Positions 43,890 to 52,205 of a stretch of 52,475 nt of DNA are shown in pieces. The notes under the pieces were generated by a model. The model had not been told where the DNA came from, did no database searches, and was given only the letters and a program-made list of their open reading frames with translations. This stretch comes from Nitrospirota bacterium (GTDB lineage Bacteria; Nitrospirota; Nitrospiria; JBHHUU01): assembly GCA_046753905.1 (NCBI GenBank), contig JBHHUU010000001.1, forward strand, positions 1-52,475, in the 5' to 3' direction. The first letter of the stretch is position 1. Every line of letters starts with the position of its first letter. The translations under genes were made by a program, and so were the position numbers.

Positions 43890-44729
43890 ATGAAATGGTA
43901 TATGAAAATCTTGATAATTATCAATATATGGCTGTTTTTTGCTGGTAATGTCTGGTCCCAAGAGGTGATACAAGTAAAGGGGTCAGATACTATGGTGATA
44001 CTTGCTCAGAAATGGGCAGAACTCTATATGAGGACCCACCCTGATGTTACCATTCAGGTAACTGGAGGCGGTTCAGGTACAGGTATAGCTGCATTATTAA
44101 ACGGGACCACAGATATCGCAGATGCCTCACGTCCAATGAAAAAAAAGGAAGAGTTAGACTTTATTAAGAGATTTAAGAAAAGACCTGTACGATATAAGGT
44201 GGCATTGGATGGAGTTGCTATCTATCTTAATGAAAAAAACCCTGTGTCATCACTTACAATAGATGATCTGAATAAGATATATAGAGGCAAGACTACTAAC
44301 TGGAAAGATGTCGGTGGAGTTGATGCCAGAATCATACTTTATGGCAGGGAAAATAGTTCAGGGACATATAGCTATATTAAGGAGCATGTACTGGACAAGA
44401 AAGACTTTGCTTCAACTACTCAGACACTACCAGGAACAGCAGCTATTATTAATGCTGTAGCCAGAGATAAATTTGGAATAGGCTACGGAGGGATTGGATA
44501 TGCAAAGGGGATTAAGGTTATAAGTGTGGCAAAATATAGTTTATCAAAACCTATTGCCCCTGATATGGATAAAGTAATATCCGGACAATATCCAATAAGC
44601 AGGTATCTCAATCTCTATATCCGTCCTGACTTGGATAAGGGGGCAGTACATAAATATATTGAGTGGATATTAAGCGATGAGGGACAGAGAATTGTAAAGG
44701 ATACAGGATATTATCCGCTTCCTGAGTAG
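43890..44729 (+). CDS. pstS: Phosphate ABC transporter substrate-binding protein
   Basis: Signal peptide. GSDTM...VTGGGSGTG...ADASRPMK, plus NSSGTY and GYGGIGY blocks. GAGGGAG Shine-Dalgarno sequence upstream of ATG 43890. Confidence 0.85.
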   Translation: MKWYMKILIIINIWLFFAGNVWSQEVIQVKGSDTMVILAQKWAELYMRTHPDVTIQVTGGGSGTGIAALLNGTTDIADASRPMKKKEELDFIKRFKKRPVRYKVALDGVAIYLNEKNPVSSLTIDDLNKIYRGKTTNWKDVGGVDARIILYGRENSSGTYSYIKEHVLDKKDFASTTQTLPGTAAIINAVARDKFGIGYGGIGYAKGIKVISVAKYSLSKPIAPDMDKVISGQYPISRYLNLYIRPDLDKGAVHKYIEWILSDEGQRIVKDTGYYPLPE

Positions 44730-44736
44730 AAAATGG

Positions 44737-44770
44737 TATCTCTGGGCAACATAGAGGTTGTCCAGAGATA
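44737..44770 (+). terminator. Rho-independent-type terminator after pstS
   Basis: tatctctgggcaac atagag gttgtccagagata (14-bp stem, one mismatch), followed by cttctttgtg. Confidence 0.55.
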
Positions 44771-44875
44771 CTTCTTTGTGTCGGAAAATACTTATTAATT
44801 ATTAAGGGTTCAAGGGTTCGAGTGAAAAAACTGTATGTTCATTCTTGTTTGTGCCGATTAGTTACCATTATTGTT

Positions 44876-45523
44876 TCATTTCCATAACCCTATATTATTC
44901 TCTCTTGCATCTTTTTCATATTTTCTGAACTCATCCATATATTTAAAAGGAAACCTGGTATATACATATCCATAACCTTGCTTTATTATTTCAGCATTCA
45001 GGAATGTTCCATCTTCAAGATATACATAGGCAAGAGTCCTTCCATATTTGTCTTTTCTTTGCCAATCATATTCAAGTTTTACCTTCTTTCCTTCAACCAT
45101 CTTTTTGGTAAACTGAGATGCTTCTTTACCAAAATACTCTACAGGCTTTTTGGGATGAACAGTCTCAGGCGTATCAACTCCGATTAGCCTAATCCTCTCT
45201 CCACCAGCTACTTCAAGTGTATCTCCATCAATTACTCTTATTACAATATGGATTTTTATCTCTGAACCATTAACTATATTATCAGTATAATAATCCCCCC
45301 TTTTTCGCCTTATTAATTCAGAATCACTCAATGAGTTTCCGTAGTTATCATCCCCTATAACAAGAGATAATCTACTCCATTCTAAAGCAAGTAATAATCC
45401 AATCAATATAACTGTTAGTTTTTTATTAACTGTCATCGATGTGTTGGGATATATAATATCTCTTTCTGCCCGTTGATTTAAGGATAACGCTCTTATTTTA
45501 TCAAATAAATCAATATCCCGCAA
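44876..45523 (-). CDS. Thermonuclease (staphylococcal nuclease, SNase) family protein with an N-terminal TM or signal segment
   Basis: VIDGDTLEV...RIRLIGVDTPE...GKEAS...YGRTLAYVY blocks. The start is TTG 45523 or ATG 45436. Confidence 0.85.
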   Translation of the reverse strand: MRDIDLFDKIRALSLNQRAERDIIYPNTSMTVNKKLTVILIGLLLALEWSRLSLVIGDDNYGNSLSDSELIRRKRGDYYTDNIVNGSEIKIHIVIRVIDGDTLEVAGGERIRLIGVDTPETVHPKKPVEYFGKEASQFTKKMVEGKKVKLEYDWQRKDKYGRTLAYVYLEDGTFLNAEIIKQGYGYVYTRFPFKYMDEFRKYEKDARENNIGLWK

Positions 45524-45812
45524 ATCCTGCCTTTTCCTTTCACTAAAACCATTGTTAATCGCCTGAATTACACGGCTCTGTTATTATTGATTTGCCCTGC
45601 CCAGAATTGCTGATCGAACAAGATATAAATTTGCTATTTTTATCAGTAATGATATATAATTATAAGACATCTGGTTTAATCTGGTCTTTTCTTAAAAATA
45701 TAATCAGAATACTTCAAGTTATTATAAGATTACAATTATCCTTCTAAATATTATAAATAATTGGAGTGGTTAGCAGTTTAAGTCAAAAAGGGCATTATAA
45801 AGGAGAATTTAT

Positions 45813-47174
45813 ATGCCAGTGGCAAAATTTGATCTGGTTCTGGACACAATAAAGCGATTTCTTCGTAAGGGTATCATAAATAAGATATCTAATATGATTA
45901 ATAAGATGCACCCTGCCGACATTGCCAAGGTAATAAGACACCTCTCATTGCCTCAGGAACGAAGAACAGTATTTGAGCTTATAAAAGATCTCCCTGTGAA
46001 GGCAAATGTTATAAGTGAAATTGATCCTTCAAGTATTGAAGACATATTAAATGAGATGTCTTCTCATGAAATTGTTATGATCTTCAAGGAGATACCCTCA
46101 GATGATGTGGCTGATATACTGGGCTATCTCCCTGAAGATAAATCTACAGAGATACTCCAGTTGATGAAGGTAGAAGATTCACAGGATGTTGAGGTATTGT
46201 TAAAGTATCATGAAGAGACTGCCGGCGGTATTATGACGACAGAATTCTTTGCCCTTCATGAAGAAACTACTGCCGGGGAGGCAACAAAAAGGCTTCAGAC
46301 TGATATTGATGCAGAGATGGTTTTTTATATATATGTAACAGATAATGAAGGCAAGCTGGTGGGTGTTGTCTCATTAAGGCAGCTACTATTGATCTCTCCT
46401 GATACAGCTTTAAGGAAATTTATGACAACAAATGTTATCAGTGTTGTAGTGGATACTGATCAGGAAGAGGTCGCAAGGCAGGTGGCAAGGTATAATATAC
46501 TTGCTATCCCTGTGGTAGATAAGGATAATATATTAAAGGGCATCATAACAGTAGATGATGTCATAGATGTTATCAGAGAAGAGGCAACTGAGGATATGTT
46601 AAAAATGGCAGGGACAGGGGAAGAGACACTAATGCTTGAGGCTTCAACTTTTATTGCTGCCAGATATAGACTGCCATGGCTGCTTACAAACCTGATTGGC
46701 GGTATATTCACAGCAGGATTATTATGGCTGTTCAGGTTAACTATTCGTGAGGTAATAGCGATTGTAAGTTTTATCCCTGTGATTAATTCAATGGCTGGTA
46801 ATATAGGACTTCAGTCATCTACAATTATAGTGCGCGGGCTTGCAACAGGAGGAATAGAATCAATCGATATCTATAAGGTCTTTTTAAAAGAACTGAAGGT
46901 AGGTGCATTAATGGGAATGATCTGCGGAACTATAGTAGGAATTGTAGCCTATATATGGCATGGTAATATAATGTTAGGTGTTGTTGTGGGAAGTTCAATG
47001 TTTATAGCAGTCGGTGTTGCTGCTACCATGGGAACTCTCGTTCCTTTATTCTTTAAGAGGTTTGATATAGACCCTGCCATCTCTTCAGGCCCATTTGTTA
47101 CTACTGTCAATGATATAACAGGGATTATTCTTTATTTAAGTTTAGCCACTTATTTATTAAATTATCTAATGTGA
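45813..47174 (+). CDS. mgtE: Magnesium transporter MgtE
   Basis: N-domain, CBS pair and a five-helix TM domain with GNIGLQSS and PFVTTVNDITG motifs. Confidence 0.9.
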   Translation: MPVAKFDLVLDTIKRFLRKGIINKISNMINKMHPADIAKVIRHLSLPQERRTVFELIKDLPVKANVISEIDPSSIEDILNEMSSHEIVMIFKEIPSDDVADILGYLPEDKSTEILQLMKVEDSQDVEVLLKYHEETAGGIMTTEFFALHEETTAGEATKRLQTDIDAEMVFYIYVTDNEGKLVGVVSLRQLLLISPDTALRKFMTTNVISVVVDTDQEEVARQVARYNILAIPVVDKDNILKGIITVDDVIDVIREEATEDMLKMAGTGEETLMLEASTFIAARYRLPWLLTNLIGGIFTAGLLWLFRLTIREVIAIVSFIPVINSMAGNIGLQSSTIIVRGLATGGIESIDIYKVFLKELKVGALMGMICGTIVGIVAYIWHGNIMLGVVVGSSMFIAVGVAATMGTLVPLFFKRFDIDPAISSGPFVTTVNDITGIILYLSLATYLLNYLM

Positions 47175-47195
47175 AAGAGTATAGGGGATGATATT

Positions 47196-47933
47196 ATGTC
47201 TCTATTAAATACATCTGCCTTTATACTGGGTAGCCATAATATAGGCGAGGCAGATAAAATAATAACCTTTTTTACTCTGAAGAATGGAAAGGTAAAAGGT
47301 GCAGCAAATGGTGTAAGAAAACCTAAAAACAGATTTGGTTCATCCCTTGAACCATTTACCTATTCCAATGTTATCTTATTTGAAAAAAGGAAGAACCACT
47401 TATATAGGATTAAGCAGTCCAGCATTATCCACTCTTTTCAAAAGATAAGGGATGATATCAAAAAGATTGTCGCTGCCTCAAGGATTGTTAACCTTGTTAA
47501 ACTCCTTACCATAGAAGGAGAAGTGGATGATAAGATATTTCAGCTTCTTCTTTTTTCTTTATCATATATAGAAAAAGAAGTGGAATATGAATTAATAACC
47601 AGAATATTTGAGATAAAGATGCTTAATTATTCTGGTTACAGACCAAGTCTTGACAGGTGTCTGAAATGTAACAATGATTTAGGAGACAGAGATATCTATC
47701 TATCCAATATTCTGGGTGGAACGATTTGCAGCAGATGTGCTGACAATAGAGATTATAATCTGCGTGCTATATCAAGAGGTGCTGTTGCCTTTTTAAATCA
47801 GGCAGATAAGATGAAATTATCTATAATAAATAGATTAAAGGCATCACCCAGAATAATAACTGAATTAAAAGAGATATCAGATTTTTACATCCCTCATTTT
47901 ATAGGAAGGGTGATACCTGATTGTGAGTTATAA
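47196..47933 (+). CDS. recO: DNA repair protein RecO
   Basis: OB-fold N-terminus (AFILGSHNIGEADKIITFFT) and a zinc motif (CLKCN...CSRC). Confidence 0.85.
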   Translation: MSLLNTSAFILGSHNIGEADKIITFFTLKNGKVKGAANGVRKPKNRFGSSLEPFTYSNVILFEKRKNHLYRIKQSSIIHSFQKIRDDIKKIVAASRIVNLVKLLTIEGEVDDKIFQLLLFSLSYIEKEVEYELITRIFEIKMLNYSGYRPSLDRCLKCNNDLGDRDIYLSNILGGTICSRCADNRDYNLRAISRGAVAFLNQADKMKLSIINRLKASPRIITELKEISDFYIPHFIGRVIPDCEL

Positions 47934-47943
47934 TCGGTGTGTT

Positions 47944-50109
47944 ATGAAACATATAAAATTAACTGTCTACTGTCTACTCTCTGCTGTCTACTGTCTATTA
48001 CTGCTCTCTGGATGCGGAGAAGAGCATGAAAAAAGACTCAGGAAGTTTTCCATTATTGCAAAGATCGAAATATCCCCCTCATCTTCTACGCTTATTATTA
48101 CAAATAACCAGCAATTTGTTGCTGTTGCAAAAGATAGGTCTGGCAGAGAGGTAAATGATATCAAATTTATATGGGAATCAGATAATGAAAGTGTTGTTAC
48201 TATTGATCCCGATACAGGTCTTGCTAATGCTGTAAGTAAAGGCAAGGCAAGAGTTAAAGCAATAAGCAGCGGGATTTTCAGTAATTCTGCGGTTATCACT
48301 GTTATTAATCCCATATCTGCCATAGAGATATTTCCACCATCTCCAGTTATTAATATAGGTACGAGTCAGCCGATTACCTCTATTGTAAAGGATATATCAG
48401 CCAATCAGATTAGTGGCATTGATGTAACCCTGACTTCAGACAACCCTTCTGTTGCTGTTATTGACAACAATGGTATTGCTTCCGGAATCAGTCAGGGAGA
48501 GGCAGCTATTACCGCATCTGTAGGCGGAGTCATAAGCAATCAGCCTGTAATACTAAATGTTAGTGATACTGTTGGAGTGTCTATAGCCCCTGTAATCAGT
48601 TCTATAGAGGTGTTTCCATCATCTGGTTCTATTGATGTATGCACAGATATGACATTTGTCCCGATTATATGGGATAACTCAAACCCATCCAAACAGGTTA
48701 GTGGTATTAATGTAACATGGAGTTCAGATAACCCTTCTGTTGCTGTTATTGACAACAATGGTATTGCTTCCGGAATCAGTCAGGGAAAGGCAGCTATTAC
48801 CGCATCTGTAGGTGGAGTTATAAGCAATACGGTTATCTTTACGGTAAACAATCCCATTTCTTCCATTGAGCTAATGCCTGTGACAGTATCTGCTCCAGCC
48901 TTAAAGATAGGTATGCAGTATCAGTTTACTGCAATAGCCAGAAATTCAATTGGAAACAATTTAAGCAGTATTAAGTTATCATGGGGATCAAGTGCTCCCC
49001 AGATAGCCTCTGTAGACCAGAACGGGCTGGTAACAGGAATATCAGGAGGGATTGCCCATATTACAGCCTCATGCGGAGGGATAGATAGTAACATTGGACA
49101 GATTAATGTGCTGAGAATAGTACCTAATCTGCTCTGGAAGCAGACCACCCAGCTCCCTCGCGGAAGATATGACCATACTGCCTCAGTAAATGGAGGGTTT
49201 CTTTATATCATAGGAGGTGTTTCATTTGGCGGTTTTCAGAATTCTGTCCACTTTGCACAGATAAATAATAATGGTACATTAGGTGCGTGGAACTTGGCGG
49301 CAGAACTTCCTCTGGAAAAGGCAATAAGGGGACATACTACAGTTGTAGGCAATAATTCTCTCTATGTGATGGGCGGGATTGAGAGTGGAATACCAGAACA
49401 ATCTCTTACTACCATATTCTCTGAGGTTGTTGTAGCCACATCAGATATAGGCATACCAATAGATATATGGAAGACAAATCTCAATCCTCTGCCTATCGGA
49501 CTGTTTGCACATGGAGCAGTATTTGCCAAAAATTATATCTATGTAATCGGCGGGTGGGAAGGCACACTAAACTCTGATGCTGTATTCTTTGCACCTATCC
49601 TTAATAACAGCCTGATTGGTAAATGGAACGAAACCACCCCTCTTCCAAAGGGTCTGAGCAAACATATTGCCCTTACTAATGGAGAATATATATATGTAAT
49701 AGGAGGTTCAACAGGTGGAATAGAAGATGTTGAGATAGCTCAGACGAATTCATACTTTACCAAAATAAATAATGACGGCACGTTAAATGGATGGCAGACC
49801 ACTACTCCATTGCCCATTGGAATAGAAGACCACTCTGCTGTTATGGTGGGAGGGTATATCTTTGTAATAGGCGGTTGGAATGGATGGGACCCCATGACAA
49901 TAGAAAACAGAGTATTCTTTTCTCCTATAAACTATATTGACGGGTCCCTTGGTATATGGCAGGAGGCAAGCCCTATACCAGAGGCTTTATACAGCCATGC
50001 AGCGGTTGTAAACGGAGATATCATATATGTAACAGGCGGTATTAGAGGTACTGAAGGAAAAGCAGACGAGAGGAAGCGCACAGTCTATTACACAAGATTG
50101 CAGAACTAA
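47944..50109 (+). CDS. Lipoprotein with four or five Big_2 (bacterial Ig-like) domains and a C-terminal Kelch-type beta-propeller
   Basis: Lipobox LLLLSGC. Repeated ...SDNxSVVTID/VAVIDNNGIA.GIS.G.A.ITAS modules. The C-terminal half has repeats with GG..G motifs (YIIGG, YVMGG, YVIGGW x3, YVTGG). The ORF track starts at GTG 47923. Confidence 0.75.
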   Translation: MKHIKLTVYCLLSAVYCLLLLSGCGEEHEKRLRKFSIIAKIEISPSSSTLIITNNQQFVAVAKDRSGREVNDIKFIWESDNESVVTIDPDTGLANAVSKGKARVKAISSGIFSNSAVITVINPISAIEIFPPSPVINIGTSQPITSIVKDISANQISGIDVTLTSDNPSVAVIDNNGIASGISQGEAAITASVGGVISNQPVILNVSDTVGVSIAPVISSIEVFPSSGSIDVCTDMTFVPIIWDNSNPSKQVSGINVTWSSDNPSVAVIDNNGIASGISQGKAAITASVGGVISNTVIFTVNNPISSIELMPVTVSAPALKIGMQYQFTAIARNSIGNNLSSIKLSWGSSAPQIASVDQNGLVTGISGGIAHITASCGGIDSNIGQINVLRIVPNLLWKQTTQLPRGRYDHTASVNGGFLYIIGGVSFGGFQNSVHFAQINNNGTLGAWNLAAELPLEKAIRGHTTVVGNNSLYVMGGIESGIPEQSLTTIFSEVVVATSDIGIPIDIWKTNLNPLPIGLFAHGAVFAKNYIYVIGGWEGTLNSDAVFFAPILNNSLIGKWNETTPLPKGLSKHIALTNGEYIYVIGGSTGGIEDVEIAQTNSYFTKINNDGTLNGWQTTTPLPIGIEDHSAVMVGGYIFVIGGWNGWDPMTIENRVFFSPINYIDGSLGIWQEASPIPEALYSHAAVVNGDIIYVTGGIRGTEGKADERKRTVYYTRLQN
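47963..48011. repeat. Heptamer array (CTGTCTA family) encoding the signal-peptide hydrophobic core
   Basis: ctgtcta ctgtcta ctctctg ctgtcta ctgtcta ttactgc tctctgg. Confidence 0.85.
48442..48540. repeat. 99-bp near-identical internal repeat, copy 1 (Big_2 module)
   Basis: Differs from 48730-48828 at 3 positions. The offset of 288 bp equals one Ig-like domain. Confidence 0.9.
48730..48828. repeat. 99-bp near-identical internal repeat, copy 2
   Basis: See 48442-48540. Confidence 0.9.
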
Positions 50110-50114
50110 GGGTT

Positions 50115-50141
50115 TGTTCAATATCAACTAGATATTGAACA
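50115..50141. other. Perfect 11-bp stem hairpin between the Big_2/Kelch gene and the NYN gene
   Basis: tgttcaatatc aacta gatattgaaca. No T tract follows. Confidence 0.7.
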
Positions 50142-50162
50142 GGCTCTAAGGGGGTTATCTTA

Positions 50163-50672
50163 ATGGCTCTGATTATTGTAGATGGCTACAATTTTATAGG
50201 CAGAAGAGGGGGGTTGAGGGGTGATATAGAGGGGAAAAGGAATAGCCTGATCAGGGAATTGGGGAAATATTCTAAAATAAAGGGACATCTCATAACAGTA
50301 GTCTTTGATGGATGGAGATCAGGTTATAGAATAGAAATGAAGGAGGAGATTGATGGCATTACAGTAATCTTCTCAAAGCGGGGAGAGACAGCAGACACAG
50401 TAATTAAAAACCTCTCATCAAAAAAAAAGAATCGATGTATAATAGTCTCATCAGATAGAGATGTCTTCAATCACGCAGTATTAAACCAGAGTATTGCCAT
50501 CTCTTCTGGAGGGTTTGAAAAAAAGCTCAAATTAGCACTATCAGGGGGAGAAGATATAGAAGAAGATGAAGAAATAGTCTATAACCCCATGTTTTCTTCA
50601 AAAAAGAGAGGAAATCCGCGCAAACTGTCAAAAAATGAGAGGCGAAACAGGGCAGGATTAAAAAAGTTATAG
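50163..50672 (+). CDS. YacP-like NYN-domain (predicted RNase) protein
   Basis: LIIVDGYNFIG...VVFDG...VIFS....ADTVI...VSSDR pattern of the YacP/Rae1-like family. Confidence 0.75.
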   Translation: MALIIVDGYNFIGRRGGLRGDIEGKRNSLIRELGKYSKIKGHLITVVFDGWRSGYRIEMKEEIDGITVIFSKRGETADTVIKNLSSKKKNRCIIVSSDRDVFNHAVLNQSIAISSGGFEKKLKLALSGGEDIEEDEEIVYNPMFSSKKRGNPRKLSKNERRNRAGLKKL

Positions 50673-50678
50673 TTTTAT

Positions 50679-52061
50679 TCAACCTACCACATTATATTCC
50701 CTTACCCTGAACTTTACCTTTAGCTCTGAGGATGCAATCTCCCTGCATCTTACTAAATCAATAGAAGGGATATTTATAACAGTCACACCTACATCAGGGA
50801 TATATCTCTTCGCCTCTTTTATAAACTCTTTTATCTTGCTATATGTCTCTCTCCCAAACATAGGTTGGCAGAGTTTATAATACTTTTCGCTATTCTCTGC
50901 ATTCAGACTTACAGATATCTCATCCACTAACCCATGAAGTTCAGGCAATATATTTCTCTTATGGATAAGGTTGCCATGCCCATTGGTATCTATGCGAACC
51001 CTCCCGCCATTCTTTTTTACCCATCCTGCTATCTTTTTGACAAGGTCAAGGCGGAGTAAAGGCTCTCCATAGCCACAGAATACTATCTCTTTATATCTCT
51101 CTGGATCACCTATTTCCTTTATAATCTCTTCTGTATCAGGTTCTCTATTTAACCTGAGATTATGTCCTTTGACAACATCGGTATAATATCTTACACAGAA
51201 TGTACATGCATCTGTACATCTGTTTGTAATATTCAGATATAAAGAGTCTCTTATCTTATAAACAAACCTTCCTTTATCTTCTGTCTCTCCAAATCCGAAT
51301 AGTGTCATCGTATTAAAAGAGGTTATTCGGGATACATCTTCAAATGATAGCCCATTCAATTCAGAGATCTTACGACAAATATGCTCTATATAGACAGGTT
51401 CATTTCTTTTTCCTCTAAAAGGCTGGGGAGCAAGATAAGGAGAGTCTGTCTCAATGATGATATATTCTACAGGAATCTTTTTAACTATACTTTGAATCTT
51501 ATCAGCCTTCTTAAAGGTTACAATCCCTGAAAATGAGATATAAAATCCCATCTCAATAACATTTTCAGCCATCTCAATATTCCCTGAGAAGCAGTGCAAT
51601 ACCCCGTTTAATCCCTTCTTACCCTTAAAGGCCTCCCTGAGGATATCAATAGTCTCTATCTCTGCCTCTCTACTATGAATAATCAGAGGAAGATTAAACT
51701 CTGATGCCAGGTCTATCTGTTCTCTAAACCTCTTTATCTGGACATCTTCAGGAGAGTAGAGATAATGAAAGTCCAGTCCGATCTCTCCATAAGCAACGAT
51801 CTTTTTACTATTTTTTATTAACTCTTTTATCTCATCATAGGTATTATCCTCTATATCCTTTACCTCATGCGGGTGTATCCCAATAGCTGCATAGATATCA
51901 GGATATTTATCCGCTATATCAATTGCCCTTTTATTTGACTCTAAATCTGTACCTATAGTGATAATATGCTCTACACCTTTTGATTTAGCCCTATTGATCA
52001 CATCATCTCTGTCATGATCAAATTGAGACATATCTAAATGTGCATGGCTGTCTATCAGCAT
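50679..52061 (-). CDS. tatD: TatD-family metal-dependent hydrolase fused to a C-terminal radical-SAM domain
   Basis: N-terminal IDSHAHLD..., GEIGLDFHY and HCFSG are TatD motifs. From about residue 270 comes LYLNITNRCTDACTFC (CX3CX2C), followed by GYGEPLL. Confidence 0.8.
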   Translation of the reverse strand: MLIDSHAHLDMSQFDHDRDDVINRAKSKGVEHIITIGTDLESNKRAIDIADKYPDIYAAIGIHPHEVKDIEDNTYDEIKELIKNSKKIVAYGEIGLDFHYLYSPEDVQIKRFREQIDLASEFNLPLIIHSREAEIETIDILREAFKGKKGLNGVLHCFSGNIEMAENVIEMGFYISFSGIVTFKKADKIQSIVKKIPVEYIIIETDSPYLAPQPFRGKRNEPVYIEHICRKISELNGLSFEDVSRITSFNTMTLFGFGETEDKGRFVYKIRDSLYLNITNRCTDACTFCVRYYTDVVKGHNLRLNREPDTEEIIKEIGDPERYKEIVFCGYGEPLLRLDLVKKIAGWVKKNGGRVRIDTNGHGNLIHKRNILPELHGLVDEISVSLNAENSEKYYKLCQPMFGRETYSKIKEFIKEAKRYIPDVGVTVINIPSIDLVRCREIASSELKVKFRVREYNVVG

Positions 52062-52205
52062 AATCTTCTCCTCTCGGCTAAGCCTCTCTGTAGAACAACC
52101 AGAATCCAGAATAAATGAAGTAGTGGTTATGGATACTGATTTCCATGATTTTTTTAATGACTTTATCTCCTTTTTTGGGCAACCTCTCTAAAAAAGGAGC
52201 TTTCC

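Noticed and set aside
44804-44830. tRNA-like T-arm sequence (ggttcgagtg)
   Set aside because: No acceptor stem, anticodon arm or D-arm can be built around it. It is part of an aagggttc x2 tandem repeat.
7737-45523. Phage, plasmid, toxin-antitoxin or known defence-system genes
   Set aside because: No integrase, recombinase, portal or terminase, restriction-modification, Cas, reverse transcriptase, or small paired toxin-antitoxin-like ORFs were recognisable. The only mobile DNA seen is non-autonomous repeats.
45524-45812. M-box (Mg) riboswitch upstream of mgtE
   Set aside because: mgtE genes are often preceded by an M-box and the gap is long enough at 290 bp. However, I could not recognise the conserved M-box core or a convincing multi-helix fold by eye, and part of the gap belongs to the divergent nuclease gene's upstream region. 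An Infernal scan with the Rfam M-box model (ykoK leader) is needed.
48442-48828. Diversity-generating retroelement template/variable repeat pair
   Set aside because: There is no reverse transcriptase or accessory gene in the window. Only 3 differences exist and they are not confined to adenine positions of one copy. Both copies lie in ordinary Ig-like modules, not in a C-type lectin fold.
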